Positions 49,764 to 60,952 of a stretch of DNA of 64,000 bases are shown in pieces. Below the pieces are notes generated by a model. The model did no database searches. It was given only the letters and a program-made list of their open reading frames with translations, and was not told the origin of the DNA. Source of the DNA: an uncultured Bordetella sp. (GTDB lineage: Bacteria > Pseudomonadota > Gammaproteobacteria > Burkholderiales > SG8-41); assembly GCA_964531455.1 (NCBI GenBank), contig CAZHFZ010000009.1:7414-71413 (forward strand), written 5' to 3'. A program made the translations under genes and the position numbers. Numbering within the stretch: position 1 is the first letter of the stretch; every line of letters begins with the position of its first letter.

Positions 49764-50093
49764 AAGTGAAGCTGGCCGTTAAGCCGGGTTCTGTCGTGGA
49801 CAGCCATTCCTCTGGGCCGCACATCACTGTGCGGCTCTAGCCACCTACCCGCAAGCTCGGCGGGACGCGTCAACGCTTGCCTATTCGGTGTTGCTCCGGG
49901 TGGAGGTTACCGCGTTTCACCCCGCAAACCTTGCGGCTTGCGGACTCGTCTCTGTGGCCCTATTCCTCGCCTCACGGCGGACGGGCGTTACCCGTCACCC
50001 TACCCTGTGGAGCCCGGACTTTCCTCTATGCACGGCACGTAAGGGTTGCCCCTTACGGTTTGTTCCGCACACAGCGGCTGCCTGGCCAGCTTC
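49764..50093 (-). ncRNA. rnpB: RNase P RNA (bacterial type A)
   Basis: The reverse complement starts GAAGCTGGCCAGGCAGCCGC, contains GAGGAAAGTCCGGGCTCCACAGGG, and ends ACAGAACCCGGCTTAACGGCCAGCTTCACTT, colinear with E. coli rnpB P1/P4 elements. The ends are approximate (plus or minus a few nt). Confidence 0.9.
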
Positions 50094-50141
50094 GTCGACG
50101 ATGTTAACACGCAGGCACTTGCACACCTGCGGAATTCGCCA

Positions 50142-50768
50142 TCAGGGCCCGCTGCCCGACTGGCACTCGCGCACCAGTTCAAGCAACCGATGCAGGTGAT
50201 GATCATGCACACCCAGCGCATCGAGATGCCGCAGCGTGTAGACGAGGTAATCGACATTCGGTCCGCGCTCTCCGCAACATCCTGCAATGATGCGCGCAGC
50301 ATCGTCGTTAGCCATCCGTCCGGCGTAACCGGAATGCTCACGGTTGGCGACAAACGCCAGCGCGTTACGGCGTCCGTTCGGCGCCGATACCGGGATCAGC
50401 CGCGGCCAGTACACACCGCGGCGCATCTCACGCTGCCACAGCGCCTCCAGCGCTGCCGGTTTGGCCGCCGCTGCGATACGGTAAACAATGCCATTGCAGG
50501 CGCCACCGGGATCGAGGCCCAGTACAAGGCCAGGGGCTTTGACTGTGCCACGGTAGCGGCTGGAGTAAATGCAGAATGCGCGGTGATAACCACGCAGCAG
50601 CGCCGGCTCGGCAGCGATATGCGCGAAACCCGGATCCCACATCAGCGACCCGTAGGTGAATACCCACAGATCGCCGCGCGGAAGTTCGAGGCTGCTGTAA
50701 TGAACAGGATCGGGTTCCGGCAGCTTCGCGCCGCCATTAAAATTACGTGGCGGCTGGCGCGGTTTCAA
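50142..50768 (-). CDS. Gamma-glutamylcyclotransferase, ChaC family
   Basis: [14 protein letters not shown] ... [12 protein letters not shown] ... LGLD are ChaC motifs. The likely start is TTG 50768, overlapping the pyrC TGA (TTGA). The track ATG at 50858 would overlap pyrC by 94 nt. Confidence 0.8.
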   Translation of the reverse strand: MKPRQPPRNFNGGAKLPEPDPVHYSSLELPRGDLWVFTYGSLMWDPGFAHIAAEPALLRGYHRAFCIYSSRYRGTVKAPGLVLGLDPGGACNGIVYRIAAAAKPAALEALWQREMRRGVYWPRLIPVSAPNGRRNALAFVANREHSGYAGRMANDDAARIIAGCCGERGPNVDYLVYTLRHLDALGVHDHHLHRLLELVRECQSGSGP

Positions 50769-51802
50769 GCGCCGGCGATCTTCCAGTCCACTGTCGCGCC
50801 GGCGCGCAAAGGCACCAGCGTATCGGGACCGAACGGAACGCTGGCCGGCACCGGCCAAGCTTGCTTCACCAGAGTGATTTTCCCGGTATTACGCGGCAGG
50901 CCGTAATAATCCGGGCCAAAAAAACTGGCGAATCCTTCGAGGCGATCCAGCGCATTCACTCCGGCAAACGCCTCGGCATACAGCTCGATGCCGGCATGCG
51001 CGGTGTACATGCCCGCGCAACCGCAGTCGTTTTCCTTGGTATGCCGTGCATGCGGCGCACTGTCGGTGCCAAGAAAAAATTTCGGGTTGCCGCTGGTAGC
51101 AGCCGCCATCAGGGCTTCGCGGTGAATCTCGCGCTTGAGAATAGGCAGGCAATACAGGTGTGGCCGCACGCCGCCTGCGAACATCGCATTGCGGCTCATC
51201 AGCAAGTGGTGCGCCGTGATCGTCGCCGCGATCCGCGGCGGCGCTGCCATCACAAACTGCGCCGCTTCGCGGGTGGTGATGTGCTCCATCACCACCTTCA
51301 GTCCGGGAAAACGCTCGACCAAAGGTGCCAGCGTACGGTCTATGAATACGCGTTCCCGGTCATAAACGTCCACAGTTGCATCGGTGACTTCGCCGTGCAC
51401 CAACAGCGGCATGCCCGCCTTTGCCATCGCCTCAAGTACCGGATAACACTTTTCGATCGCAGTGACGCCGGAATCCGAATTGGTCGTGGCACCTGCGGGG
51501 TAATACTTGACCGCATGCACCGCCCCGCTCTGCCTGGCGACTGCAATTTCCTCCGGCCGGGTATTGTCGGTGAGATACAGGGTCATCAGCGGCTCGAACC
51601 CGCTGCCGGCAGGCAACGCGTCAACAATGCGCTCGCGATAGGCCAGCGCCAGTGCTGTCGTGGTTACCGGCGGCTTGAGGTTGGGCATGACGATGGCACG
51701 GGCAAAACGCATGGCGGTATGCGGCAAAACATCGCGCATCGCAGCGCCGTCACGCAGGTGCAGGTGCCAGTCGTCGGGACGGGTAATCGATATGGAATTC
51801 AT
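50765..51802 (-). CDS. pyrC: Dihydroorotase (homodimeric type II)
   Basis: [14 protein letters not shown] is the HxH metal site, and PNLKPP and GTDSAPH are also present, colinear with E. coli PyrC. Confidence 0.95.
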   Translation of the reverse strand: MNSISITRPDDWHLHLRDGAAMRDVLPHTAMRFARAIVMPNLKPPVTTTALALAYRERIVDALPAGSGFEPLMTLYLTDNTRPEEIAVARQSGAVHAVKYYPAGATTNSDSGVTAIEKCYPVLEAMAKAGMPLLVHGEVTDATVDVYDRERVFIDRTLAPLVERFPGLKVVMEHITTREAAQFVMAAPPRIAATITAHHLLMSRNAMFAGGVRPHLYCLPILKREIHREALMAAATSGNPKFFLGTDSAPHARHTKENDCGCAGMYTAHAGIELYAEAFAGVNALDRLEGFASFFGPDYYGLPRNTGKITLVKQAWPVPASVPFGPDTLVPLRAGATVDWKIAGA

Positions 51803-51866
51803 GATTAGAGTGATGTTAAACGCTGCGGGGCCCGGCGTAAATTCATACTGTTCCGCAGCAGCAGAC

Positions 51867-52727
51867 TCACATGCCGCCCTTCAGAGCAAGCGCACGCTCA
51901 TACAGCACGTTGCGGCTGCTCCCGGTCAGCTTCACCGCAAGTGCAACCGCCTGTTTCAGCGGCAACTCCTCAAGCAGGATCTTCAAGGTACCGTCAATAT
52001 CGGTTTCGGCATCGTCACGGGCCGCTGGCGCACCGGCAACAACCAGCACGAATTCGCCCCGCCGGCGATTTTCATCGGCCTCGAGCCAGTTCACAGCGTC
52101 AGCGAGCCGGCAACAGTGGAAGTCTTCATGAATTTTCGTCAACTCGCGGGCAAGAACAATATCCCGCTCGCCACCGAAAGCGGCACACAGATCGGCTACG
52201 CAATCGACAATGCGGTGCGGCGCCTCATAAAAAACCATGACGGCGATTTCTGCAGCGAGGTCAGCCAGAACCCTGCGTCGCTCAGTGGCGCGGGCAGGCA
52301 AAAAACCACAAAACAGGAAACGGCTGGCGTCCAGACCGCAAGCCGACAGTGCGGCAATTGCGGCATTGGGACCCGGAACAGGCACCACCGGATAGCCGGC
52401 AGCGCGCACGGCAGCAACAACATGGGTGCCGGGATCGGCAATACCCGGCGTTCCTGCATCGGTAACCAGCGCCACCGACTTGCCTTCCCCCAGCATGCCG
52501 GCGATACGCTCGGCCGATGCCCGTTCGTTGTGTTCATGAACGGCAACCATCCTGCCGGCAATGCCGTGGCGATCAAGCAACCTTACCGTAACCCGGGTGT
52601 CCTCCGCGGCAATGACGTCGACAGATCGCAATACTTCAAGAGCCCGCAGGGTGACATCTGACAGGTTACCGATCGGGGTTGCGACTACATATAATGTCGC
52701 CGTACCTGGTTTGCTTGAAATGCCCAC
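51867..52727 (-). CDS. rsmI: 16S rRNA (cytidine1402-2'-O)-methyltransferase
   Basis: [35 protein letters not shown]. Divergent from the lpoA-like gene, as in E. coli. Confidence 0.93.
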   Translation of the reverse strand: MGISSKPGTATLYVVATPIGNLSDVTLRALEVLRSVDVIAAEDTRVTVRLLDRHGIAGRMVAVHEHNERASAERIAGMLGEGKSVALVTDAGTPGIADPGTHVVAAVRAAGYPVVPVPGPNAAIAALSACGLDASRFLFCGFLPARATERRRVLADLAAEIAVMVFYEAPHRIVDCVADLCAAFGGERDIVLARELTKIHEDFHCCRLADAVNWLEADENRRRGEFVLVVAGAPAARDDAETDIDGTLKILLEELPLKQAVALAVKLTGSSRNVLYERALALKGGM

Positions 52728-52750
52728 GCTGTTTCCCGTCGCCGGATTCC

Positions 52751-53837
52751 ATGATGAATATTCGCCTGCTGCGTTGCTTCACCGTCCTTGCGCTGGCACC
52801 CGTACTATACGGAGCGCCTGCGGCATTGGCCAGCGAAGCTGCGGCTATACCCGCAATTGCGGCCGAAAAACCGGCAACAGTCGCGCCCACACCCCACATT
52901 GCGCTTTTACTGCCCATACGTTCTAAAATCTTCGCGCGCCATGCAAGGGCATTGCGCGAGGGTTTCATGGCCGCAGCCAAATCGCAGTCACAACCCCTGC
53001 TGCCGGTGCGCGAATACCCGGTCAGCGAGGCTGTAGACGAAACCCTCAAGAACTACCGGAGCGCGATTGCCGCCGGCGCCAAAGTCGTGGTCGGGCCGCT
53101 GACGCGTGACGGCGTCACGGCACTGGCTTTCGGGGAACCCGTGCCGGTGCCGACGCTCGCATTGAACATCCCCGATCAAACGGGGCGAGTGCCCGGAAAC
53201 CTGTACATGCTGAGCCTGCAGGTCGAAGGAGAGGCGAGGCAGGCGGCGCAACTGGCCTACCGGGACAACCGCCGCCGCGCGCAGATCATCGTCAGCGGCA
53301 CCCCGGTGCAGCGTCGCACACAAGCGGCTTTTTCAGCGGAGTTCTCCCGTCTCGGCGGGACCGTGCTTGCAGAAGCCATACCACCGGACCCCAGCCGGCT
53401 GAAATCTGCAGCCCGTAACGATGCAGACATGGTGTTTCTTGCGCTGGACCACGAAGACGCACGCATTGTCAGGGCTTACCTTGGCACAATGCCCGCCTAC
53501 GCCACATCCAGTGTCAACGCGGGCGATCGCGGCGCGCTTGCCGCATTTGACCTCGCCAACATCACCTTCGTTGACATGCCGTGGCTTCTTGAACCCGACC
53601 ATCCGGCGGTAATGAATTACCCGCGCCCGGAACCCGGCTCCGCCGACATCGAACGGCTTTATGCACTGGGCATTGATGCCTGGCGTATTGCGCAATTGCT
53701 GCTCGCGGGGGCGCGCGAATTGAAACTCGACGGTGTTACGGGAGAACTGAAACTGGGCCCGGAAGGCATCATTGAACGTACTCTTCGCGCAGGCCGTTAT
53801 GTGGATGGCCGAACCCGACTCACCGAGCCGACGACGC

Positions 53838-53854
<17 letters not shown>
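52751..53854 (+). CDS. Penicillin-binding protein activator LpoA/LppC-family protein (short form)
   Basis: Signal peptide MMNIRLLRCFTVLALAPVLYGAPAALA, then a periplasmic-binding-fold domain. The rsmI / lpoA-yraN-diaA-BON synteny supports the call. I place the start at Met25 to avoid overlap with rsmI. Confidence 0.65.
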
Positions 53855-54808
<954 letters not shown>

Positions 54809-55375
54809 ATGCGCAAACTACTCACGTTAGCCTGTATCGCACTGCTGCCTGTCGTTTCAGGCTGCGCAGTGGTTGCAGTCGGCGGCGTTGCCGCCACCGG
54901 CATCATCGTGGCCGAGGATCGCAGGACCGTTGGCACCATCACCGAAGATCAGGGCATTGAATTGAAGGCCGCGTCCCGCATTGAGGAAAAGGTCAAGGAT
55001 GCCCACATCAACATCACCAGCTACAACCGCATCGTCATGCTGACCGGTGAAGTGCCGAGCGAGGCTGCAAAAGCCGACGCCGAGCGCATTACACGCGCCG
55101 TCGAAAACGTGCGCAACGTATTCAATGAACTGAAAGTCGGCGCCAACGCCCCGATGCAGGCGCGCACCAATGACTCGGTCATCACCTCCAAAGTAAAGGC
55201 GCGGTTTGTCGACGCAAACAAATTCAGTCCGGTACACGTCAAGGTCGTCACCGAGGCCGGCATCGTCTATCTGATGGGCATGGTGAAGAAGCAGGAAGCC
55301 GCCGATGCGACTGAAGTTGCACGCACCACCGGCGGGGTCACCAAGGTAGTTCGGGTGTTTGAATACCTTGATTGA
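54809..55375 (+). CDS. BON-domain outer-membrane lipoprotein (DolP/YraP-like)
   Basis: The lipobox is LLPVVSGC and two BON domains are present. It is the last gene of the conserved yraM-yraP-type locus. Confidence 0.85.
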   Translation: MRKLLTLACIALLPVVSGCAVVAVGGVAATGIIVAEDRRTVGTITEDQGIELKAASRIEEKVKDAHINITSYNRIVMLTGEVPSEAAKADAERITRAVENVRNVFNELKVGANAPMQARTNDSVITSKVKARFVDANKFSPVHVKVVTEAGIVYLMGMVKKQEAADATEVARTTGGVTKVVRVFEYLD

Positions 55376-55410
55376 TTTGAAATAAAAATAAATTTTATTG
55401 AATCAAATCC

Positions 55411-55854
55411 TTAATGGGGCGTCTTCAGACGCCCCATTCGTTTGAACCAGCGCAACAGGGCGCCAATCAGCGGCAGCTTTTCATACAGTTCCTCCGCCGC
55501 ATCCCAATAGTCCCGGTGCTCGCTCACCAGCCCGGCGGCATTGAAGGTGATCAGGCTTGAGCCATGTATGCGCTGAGTCACCTGCGGACGCCAGCTGCGA
55601 AAGCGGAACTCGAAATCCCAGGTCAGCAGCACTTGATCACCTTCAGCAACGCGATCTTTAACAATGAATCGCGGCGACTCGAGGGTATCGAACATGTGCG
55701 TGAATATCGCTGCGAGAGCCGCGGTGCCGCGCACATCGTTGAACGGATCACGGAAGTGGCAGTCGGCCGCGTAATACCGCGACAGATCGCTGACCGACTG
55801 CCGCGTCAGCGTTTCAAAATAGACCGCCAGTGCATCCACCTGCTGACGCTTCAT
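55411..55854 (-). CDS. NTF2/SnoaL-like fold protein
   Basis: From Met25: MKRQQVDALAVYFETLT ... YYAADCHFRDPFNDVRG is typical of SnoaL-like polyketide-cyclase-fold proteins. The ATG overlaps the upstream TGA (ATGA). Confidence 0.65.
   Translation of the reverse strand: MKRQQVDALAVYFETLTRQSVSDLSRYYAADCHFRDPFNDVRGTAALAAIFTHMFDTLESPRFIVKDRVAEGDQVLLTWDFEFRFRSWRPQVTQRIHGSSLITFNAAGLVSEHRDYWDAAEELYEKLPLIGALLRWFKRMGRLKTPH
55413..55438. terminator. Bidirectional stem-loop between convergent BON-domain and SnoaL-like genes
   Basis: Perfect 11-bp stem aatggggcgtc (55413-55423) / gacgccccatt (55428-55438) with loop ttca. It overlaps the last codons of the minus-strand gene and has T-rich flanks on the minus strand. 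Confidence 0.55.
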
Positions 55855-56627
55855 AATCGCGTTGCCTTGTGCACCAGTGCAAAATACCAGCGATATGGCA
55901 GCAGGCGCAGAAGCTTCAGCCACCAAGTGAATCGTTTCGGAAAATGAATCTCGAAATCACCACGGGAAAAGCCTGAAATGATCGCCTCTGCCGCAGCCTC
56001 GACACTGATCAGCGCCGGCATCGCAAAGGTGTTGAGATCGGTCAGCGGCGTTTTGACGAAACCCGGGTTGATCACATAGACCCCGATGCCCCGCGGCGCA
56101 AGATCCAGATAAAGCGTCTCTGCAAGGTTGATCAGCGCAGCCTTGCTCGCGCCGTACACCAGCGCCGTAGGCAAACCACCGTAGCCAGCAACACTGGACA
56201 CCACGGCAACACCACCACTGCCCTGCTGCAAAAGCTGCCGGATCACCGGCGGCAGGCAATTGATGACACCGTTGACATTGACGTCAAGCAAACGACGGGC
56301 TGACGCCGCTTCCAGTTCCCAGGCCCTTACCGGTTGGTGGCTGCCCGAACACAATACGACGAGATCCACTCCGCCCCACGCCGAGACCACGCGTTGCAGT
56401 GCCGGACCCGGAGCGCCACCGTCGGTGACATCCATTGGCAGCACCAGTGCCTGTGATCCGTGCGAGGAGGCCAGATGCTCGAGTTCAGCGGTACGTCGCG
56501 CCGATACCGCAACGCGTGCGCCACGGGCCAGCAATGCAGTCGCCAATCCTGCACCGATGCCACTGGATGCGCCAACGACCCATACACGCATTCCGTGCCA
56601 GTCGCGTATGGCCCGGTTCAGACTCAT
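55851..56627 (-). CDS. Short-chain dehydrogenase/reductase (SDR)
   Basis: VWVVGASSGIGAGLA (TGxxxGxG-type) and YGASKAAL (YxxxK). Confidence 0.85.
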   Translation of the reverse strand: MSLNRAIRDWHGMRVWVVGASSGIGAGLATALLARGARVAVSARRTAELEHLASSHGSQALVLPMDVTDGGAPGPALQRVVSAWGGVDLVVLCSGSHQPVRAWELEAASARRLLDVNVNGVINCLPPVIRQLLQQGSGGVAVVSSVAGYGGLPTALVYGASKAALINLAETLYLDLAPRGIGVYVINPGFVKTPLTDLNTFAMPALISVEAAAEAIISGFSRGDFEIHFPKRFTWWLKLLRLLPYRWYFALVHKATRL

Positions 56628-57154
56628 GAACGCTTGCGGAAGGTCAGGATCACCTCACCGAGCCGCACACCGAACTTGCTCATCACCGACCGGTTGAGCA
56701 TCACCTGATCATCCATCAAATACATCCAGTCGTCGAAATCGACATCCCAGCTGCGGCCATCGACATCCAGCCGAAGCACGTATTGCCAGCGCAACGCGTT
56801 GCCGTGAAGTTCGCCGATAGCCTCGCCCACCACGTCATCCGCAGTGCCGCGGAAACGATGCTGATCAAGCCGCTGCAGCGTCCATACCCGACGGCTTTTC
56901 GTACCGTCAGAATACTCGAAGTGCTCATCAAGGGTGCCAGTATCACCCGACCACCGGGCATCGATACGCACGCTGAAGCGTTTCACGACCTTGCCGTTTC
57001 GGTCCTGGAAAATACCCCATGCATCAATGGTTCCGTTGAAATACTGCTGCAGGTCAAGCACCGGCCGCTCATCGCGATAGTAATCCACCGGCACCGAGCC
57101 GCACCCGGCCAGCATGAGTACGGCGGCAACAAGCAGGGACTTAAATCTGTTCAT
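56624..57154 (-). CDS. DUF3833-family lipoprotein
   Basis: The lipobox is VLMLAGCGS. LDLQQYFNGTIDAWGIFQDRNGKVVKRF matches my recollection of the DUF3833 pattern. 4-nt overlaps on both sides. Confidence 0.6.
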   Translation of the reverse strand: MNRFKSLLVAAVLMLAGCGSVPVDYYRDERPVLDLQQYFNGTIDAWGIFQDRNGKVVKRFSVRIDARWSGDTGTLDEHFEYSDGTKSRRVWTLQRLDQHRFRGTADDVVGEAIGELHGNALRWQYVLRLDVDGRSWDVDFDDWMYLMDDQVMLNRSVMSKFGVRLGEVILTFRKRS

Positions 57155-58449
57155 GGTGCATCTCCCGTAAATGACGCTGGCCGGCGCAATGTGTCAGACA
57201 CCGTAATCCATAAAAGCAATGCCGCCAACAATTTGATTACACACGGCAGCAGCGCATAAACGACAGACAGCGCAGAGCCGGCGGCAGCCGGCGTGCCGGG
57301 TGAATACCCAAGCCATTGCAGCAGCGGCAAGGTAATACCGGCTGCCAAAGCAAGGGCCAGCTTTTCCAGCAGATGCCACATTCCGAAATACAAACCATCA
57401 GGACGGGCGGCACGATCCTCATCGCCGTCAATCACATCCGCCAGCAATGAGGCGGGCAGCGCAAGATCGGCACCAAAAGCCAGGCCTGAAAGAACGCACA
57501 CCACCGAAAAGGCCGCAGCATCGCCAGCACCCAGAAAAAAAGCCCAGACAAATGCTCCGGCAGCGAACGCCATTGAGACCAGCCACGCCCGCACCTTGCC
57601 GATACTGGCGGCAAGGTGCACCCATAGAGGCATGCCGGCAGCGCCGGCCACGAAATACAAGACCAGAAACAGCGGCGTCAGATCAGGCCGCTGCAGCACA
57701 TCCGCAGCAAAAAACAGCAGTAACGTCGCCGGCATGGCCGCCGCAACGCCATTGATCAGAAACACCGCCGCGAGCTTGCGGAACCGCGGATTACGCAGCG
57801 GCTGCATCAGCTCCGCCCAGGTCAGCGGCGCGGATACCAAGGAAGCAGGCGGGGATGGTCCCCGAAGCAGTGTGATCGCCGCCGCGACAGCCAGCACCGG
57901 AGTGAATCCGAGTGCGAACAATGCAAGACCCTCGGTCGCACCATACTGCTGCACCAGCAGTTCCGGCGCCGCTGCAGCCAGCAGCACACCTGCCAGCGCG
58001 GCCACGCCGCGCGCGGCGGTAATACGCGTGCGCTCCGAATAATCCCGCGACAGCGCACTGCCCAGCGCAAAATGGCCGATACTTGCCGCACTCAATCCAA
58101 GGTAGCTGAGAACAAGCGTCGCGGTCAGCCACAAGGCCAGCGAGTCCGTATCGGTCGGCGGGCTGAACAGCAGCCACAGTCCTGCGGCAAGAAAAGGCGC
58201 AGCGCCGCCGATCATCAGCTTGCGGCCGCCATATCGAACCGGAATGCGGTCGGCAAAGGCCCCAAGCAATGGGTCGCTGATCGCATCAAGCAGGCGCACC
58301 GCCAGCAGTATGAAACCGATCAGCGCGAGGTCCATGCCGAGTGCCGCGTAAAACTTGGGCACCTGCACATGCACCGGCAAGGCAGCCGCCGCCAGCGGCA
58401 ACGCAACTGCCGCATAGGCGGCCAGCGCGGATTTAGTCAGCGCGGCCAT
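57151..58449 (-). CDS. MFS transporter (glycoside-pentoside-hexuronide / folate-biopterin-like)
   Basis: About 12 predicted TM helices, with an RIPVRYGGRK loop after TM2. The preferred start is Met32 (ATG 58449). Confidence 0.75.
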   Translation of the reverse strand: MAALTKSALAAYAAVALPLAAAALPVHVQVPKFYAALGMDLALIGFILLAVRLLDAISDPLLGAFADRIPVRYGGRKLMIGGAAPFLAAGLWLLFSPPTDTDSLALWLTATLVLSYLGLSAASIGHFALGSALSRDYSERTRITAARGVAALAGVLLAAAAPELLVQQYGATEGLALFALGFTPVLAVAAAITLLRGPSPPASLVSAPLTWAELMQPLRNPRFRKLAAVFLINGVAAAMPATLLLFFAADVLQRPDLTPLFLVLYFVAGAAGMPLWVHLAASIGKVRAWLVSMAFAAGAFVWAFFLGAGDAAAFSVVCVLSGLAFGADLALPASLLADVIDGDEDRAARPDGLYFGMWHLLEKLALALAAGITLPLLQWLGYSPGTPAAAGSALSVVYALLPCVIKLLAALLLWITVSDTLRRPASFTGDAP

Positions 58450-58978
58450 CGCCGCCGAGCAATGCAGCGCGCAATTCCGGTTTCTGCGTGCGAGGATCAA
58501 GCCAGATATCGAAAAAACGCCGCGCAAATTCCGGGTCTTCAATATTGCCCAGCGAAGCCGTGGCGGAATAAAAATGTACGCCGCGCTGCGGCCGGTATAC
58601 GCCGATCAGACGGCTGCCTGACTGCACATCTGGAAACGTGCGCCGCATCGCGGCGTCCCAGCGGGCCAGCTTCGATTCATCGTTGACACCCAGCCGGCGC
58701 ATCTCGTCAATACTGGTTCCAGCCAACTGAGCCGTTGTGATGTTTCGGGCGTAGATGATATCGAGCACATAGGGCGCATCGGCACGCCAGCGACCGTCAC
58801 GGGACCACAGTGCGACGTCATAGACGTGGAATCCCCACCAGCGCAGACGTCCCTTGCCGACCATGCGGCAGGTTTCCATGGCACTGCATACCGCCGGCGG
58901 CAGCTCCGCCGGCACATTCACCGCCGCGACCGGGCCTGTGCAGAGCAATGCCAGAATGCCGAAGATTGTTTTACGCAT
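58433..58978 (-). CDS. Chalcone isomerase-like family protein, secreted
   Basis: Signal peptide MRKTIFGILALLCTGPVAA. GKGRLRWWGFHVYDVALW and FFDIWLDPRT ... LRAALLG resemble the chalcone-isomerase-like (fatty-acid-binding) fold family. Confidence 0.55.
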   Translation of the reverse strand: MRKTIFGILALLCTGPVAAVNVPAELPPAVCSAMETCRMVGKGRLRWWGFHVYDVALWSRDGRWRADAPYVLDIIYARNITTAQLAGTSIDEMRRLGVNDESKLARWDAAMRRTFPDVQSGSRLIGVYRPQRGVHFYSATASLGNIEDPEFARRFFDIWLDPRTQKPELRAALLGGDGRAD

Positions 58979-60182
58979 GCTCCAGAACAGCCTGCACTAC
59001 ATCAGTTGCACGGGAGCGGAAGCCGGCCTCGCAATAAGCAAGATAAAAACGCCATGTCCGCATGAATCTCTCGTCAAAACCCTGCGCCTTCACGTCGGTC
59101 TCCACGCAATCAAACACCTGGTGCCAGCGGCGCAGCGTCTCGGCGTAGTCCTGTCCGAACGGGTGCATGTGCTTCACTGCCAGTCCGCAACCGGACGCTT
59201 CCCCGGTGAAACGTTGCGGCGATGGCAGCATGCCGCCGGGAAAAATATACTGTTGAATAAAGTCGGTGCCTTTGCGGTAACGCTCGAACTTGGCTTCGGC
59301 AATGGTGATTGTCTGCACCACAGCGCGCCCACCGGGCTTGAGGCGGTCACGCAACATGCCGAAATACCCGGACCAGTAACGCTCACCGACCGCCTCGAAC
59401 ATCTCGATCGACACTACATGGTCAAAATGCCCGTCGAGATCACGGTAATCCTGCAACTTCAACTCCACGCGGTCCTGCAATCCGGCGGCAGCAATCCGGC
59501 GCTGCGCGTACTCGAGCTGCGCCGCGGAAATGGTAATGCCGGTCACCCGGCAGCCGGCACGCGCGGCATGCTCGGCAAACCCGCCCCAGCCGCAGCCAAC
59601 CTCGAGAATATGCTGGCCGGGCTGCGCATCCAGTTCGCGCAGAATACGGGCGTACTTTGCAGATTGCGCATCAGCAAGGCTGCGCGTGAGATCACCCTCG
59701 AACAACGCTGACGAATAAGTCATCGTCGAATCCAGCCACAGCCGGTAAAAATCGTTGCCAAGATCATAGTGGGCATGAATGTTTTTCCTGCTGCCGGCCC
59801 GTGTGTTGGGCCGCAGCCAGTGGCGTAAGCGGTAAACCATGGTTGCCCACCAGCGGCCATGGATCGCCTCCTCAATCGCCTTTTCGTTCATTGCCGCGAG
59901 CAGCAATAACTGCGTCAGATCTTCCGTAGCGACGCGACCTGCGATGTAGGCTTCAGCCAGGCCGATGTCCCCCCGGCTGAGAATGTCGCTGCAAACCTGC
60001 CAGTCAGCCAGGGTCAAAGTTGCGTGCGGGCCGGTTTGCGCACCGGAGAACTCAAGGGACCTCCCGTCAGGGCAGGTCAGCGTCATTTTTCCGCAGCGCA
60101 ATTGCGCCAGCAGGCGGAACAGCCAGCGGGCGGCTGCAGGTTCTGCGCTCATCGGCGAACGTTGTACAAATGTGCTGATCAT
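58971..60182 (-). CDS. SAM-dependent methyltransferase, cyclopropane-fatty-acyl-phospholipid synthase family (UfaM-like)
   Basis: HYDLGNDFYRLWLDSTMTYSSALF and the SAM motif ILEVGCGWGGFAEHAAR. The start at Met38 overlaps the upstream TGA (ATGA). Confidence 0.85.
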   Translation of the reverse strand: MISTFVQRSPMSAEPAAARWLFRLLAQLRCGKMTLTCPDGRSLEFSGAQTGPHATLTLADWQVCSDILSRGDIGLAEAYIAGRVATEDLTQLLLLAAMNEKAIEEAIHGRWWATMVYRLRHWLRPNTRAGSRKNIHAHYDLGNDFYRLWLDSTMTYSSALFEGDLTRSLADAQSAKYARILRELDAQPGQHILEVGCGWGGFAEHAARAGCRVTGITISAAQLEYAQRRIAAAGLQDRVELKLQDYRDLDGHFDHVVSIEMFEAVGERYWSGYFGMLRDRLKPGGRAVVQTITIAEAKFERYRKGTDFIQQYIFPGGMLPSPQRFTGEASGCGLAVKHMHPFGQDYAETLRRWHQVFDCVETDVKAQGFDERFMRTWRFYLAYCEAGFRSRATDVVQAVLEHA

Positions 60183-60952
60183 CTCGTGGTGTCCTCCGCA
60201 GGAGCCGGGGGTTTTGAAAAAAACGGTACGCGCTTCAGCCACAGCCGGAGCGCGTGATAGTGAATACGCAACATCACACCCAGCGTCATCCACGGGTAAC
60301 GGAAAAACGCGCGTAGCAAAGCACCCGTGGTCGCCGGCTGTGCGACGCCACTGACACTGGTCGTGAGTTGGTGGCCCTGGCCGTCGTCATAATCGATCCG
60401 GAACACACAACGGCCGGTGTGATCGGCAAAACGGAACCGGTACTCTCCGGTAACGGGGAAAAAGGGTGAAACATGAAAAACCTTGCGCGCCGTCAGCCAG
60501 TCGCCAGCCCTGATCGGCCGTGCATCGGCATGCGACACCAGATAGTTATGGCGCTCGCCGAAAGTATTGCTGACTTCAGCAAGTACGGCGCGCAATGCAC
60601 CGCTGCGATCGTGGCACAGCCAGAAACTCACCGGATTGAACACATAACCCAACACCCGCGGAAAAGACTGCAGCCAGATGGCGCCATCCGCACAGGCCAG
60701 ACCATGGCTGGCAAGCAGTTCGCGAATCCACGGCTCCAGCGCACTGCCGTCGCGGGGACCATGATCAGCATCGTTAAAACCGAAAAGATTCCAGCCATTG
60801 CGCGAGCACAGTGCAGGAAATGCCGGCGGTGCGCCGTCAATGCGCAAACGCATGAAAAACACGCCGTAACGGAAAGCATGCAGCGCCGGCGCAAGGCGGC
60901 GATGCAGGACATCTCCGAAATAAAGGCGCAAGCCTGAAACGGCATCGCTCAT
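60179..60952 (-). CDS. DUF1365-family protein (UfaO-like)
   Basis: From Met13: LYFGDVLHRRLAPALHAFRYGVFFMRL is the DUF1365 N-terminal signature. ATGA overlaps on both sides. Confidence 0.75.
   Translation of the reverse strand: MSDAVSGLRLYFGDVLHRRLAPALHAFRYGVFFMRLRIDGAPPAFPALCSRNGWNLFGFNDADHGPRDGSALEPWIRELLASHGLACADGAIWLQSFPRVLGYVFNPVSFWLCHDRSGALRAVLAEVSNTFGERHNYLVSHADARPIRAGDWLTARKVFHVSPFFPVTGEYRFRFADHTGRCVFRIDYDDGQGHQLTTSVSGVAQPATTGALLRAFFRYPWMTLGVMLRIHYHALRLWLKRVPFFSKPPAPAEDTTR

Noticed and set aside
49764-50093. rnpB lying directly upstream of, and co-oriented with, the dcw cluster as a possible unusual arrangement
   Set aside because: As far as I recall, the same rnpB-mraZ adjacency exists in pseudomonads, so it is conserved synteny and not a novelty. 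The roughly 330-nt length is within the range for type A RNase P RNAs.
55376-55410. AT-rich imperfect palindrome (gatttgaaataaaa ... ttttattgaatcaaatc) after the BON-domain gene
   Set aside because: The arms match only partially and it lies beside a much stronger GC stem-loop. It is most simply low-complexity terminator flank.
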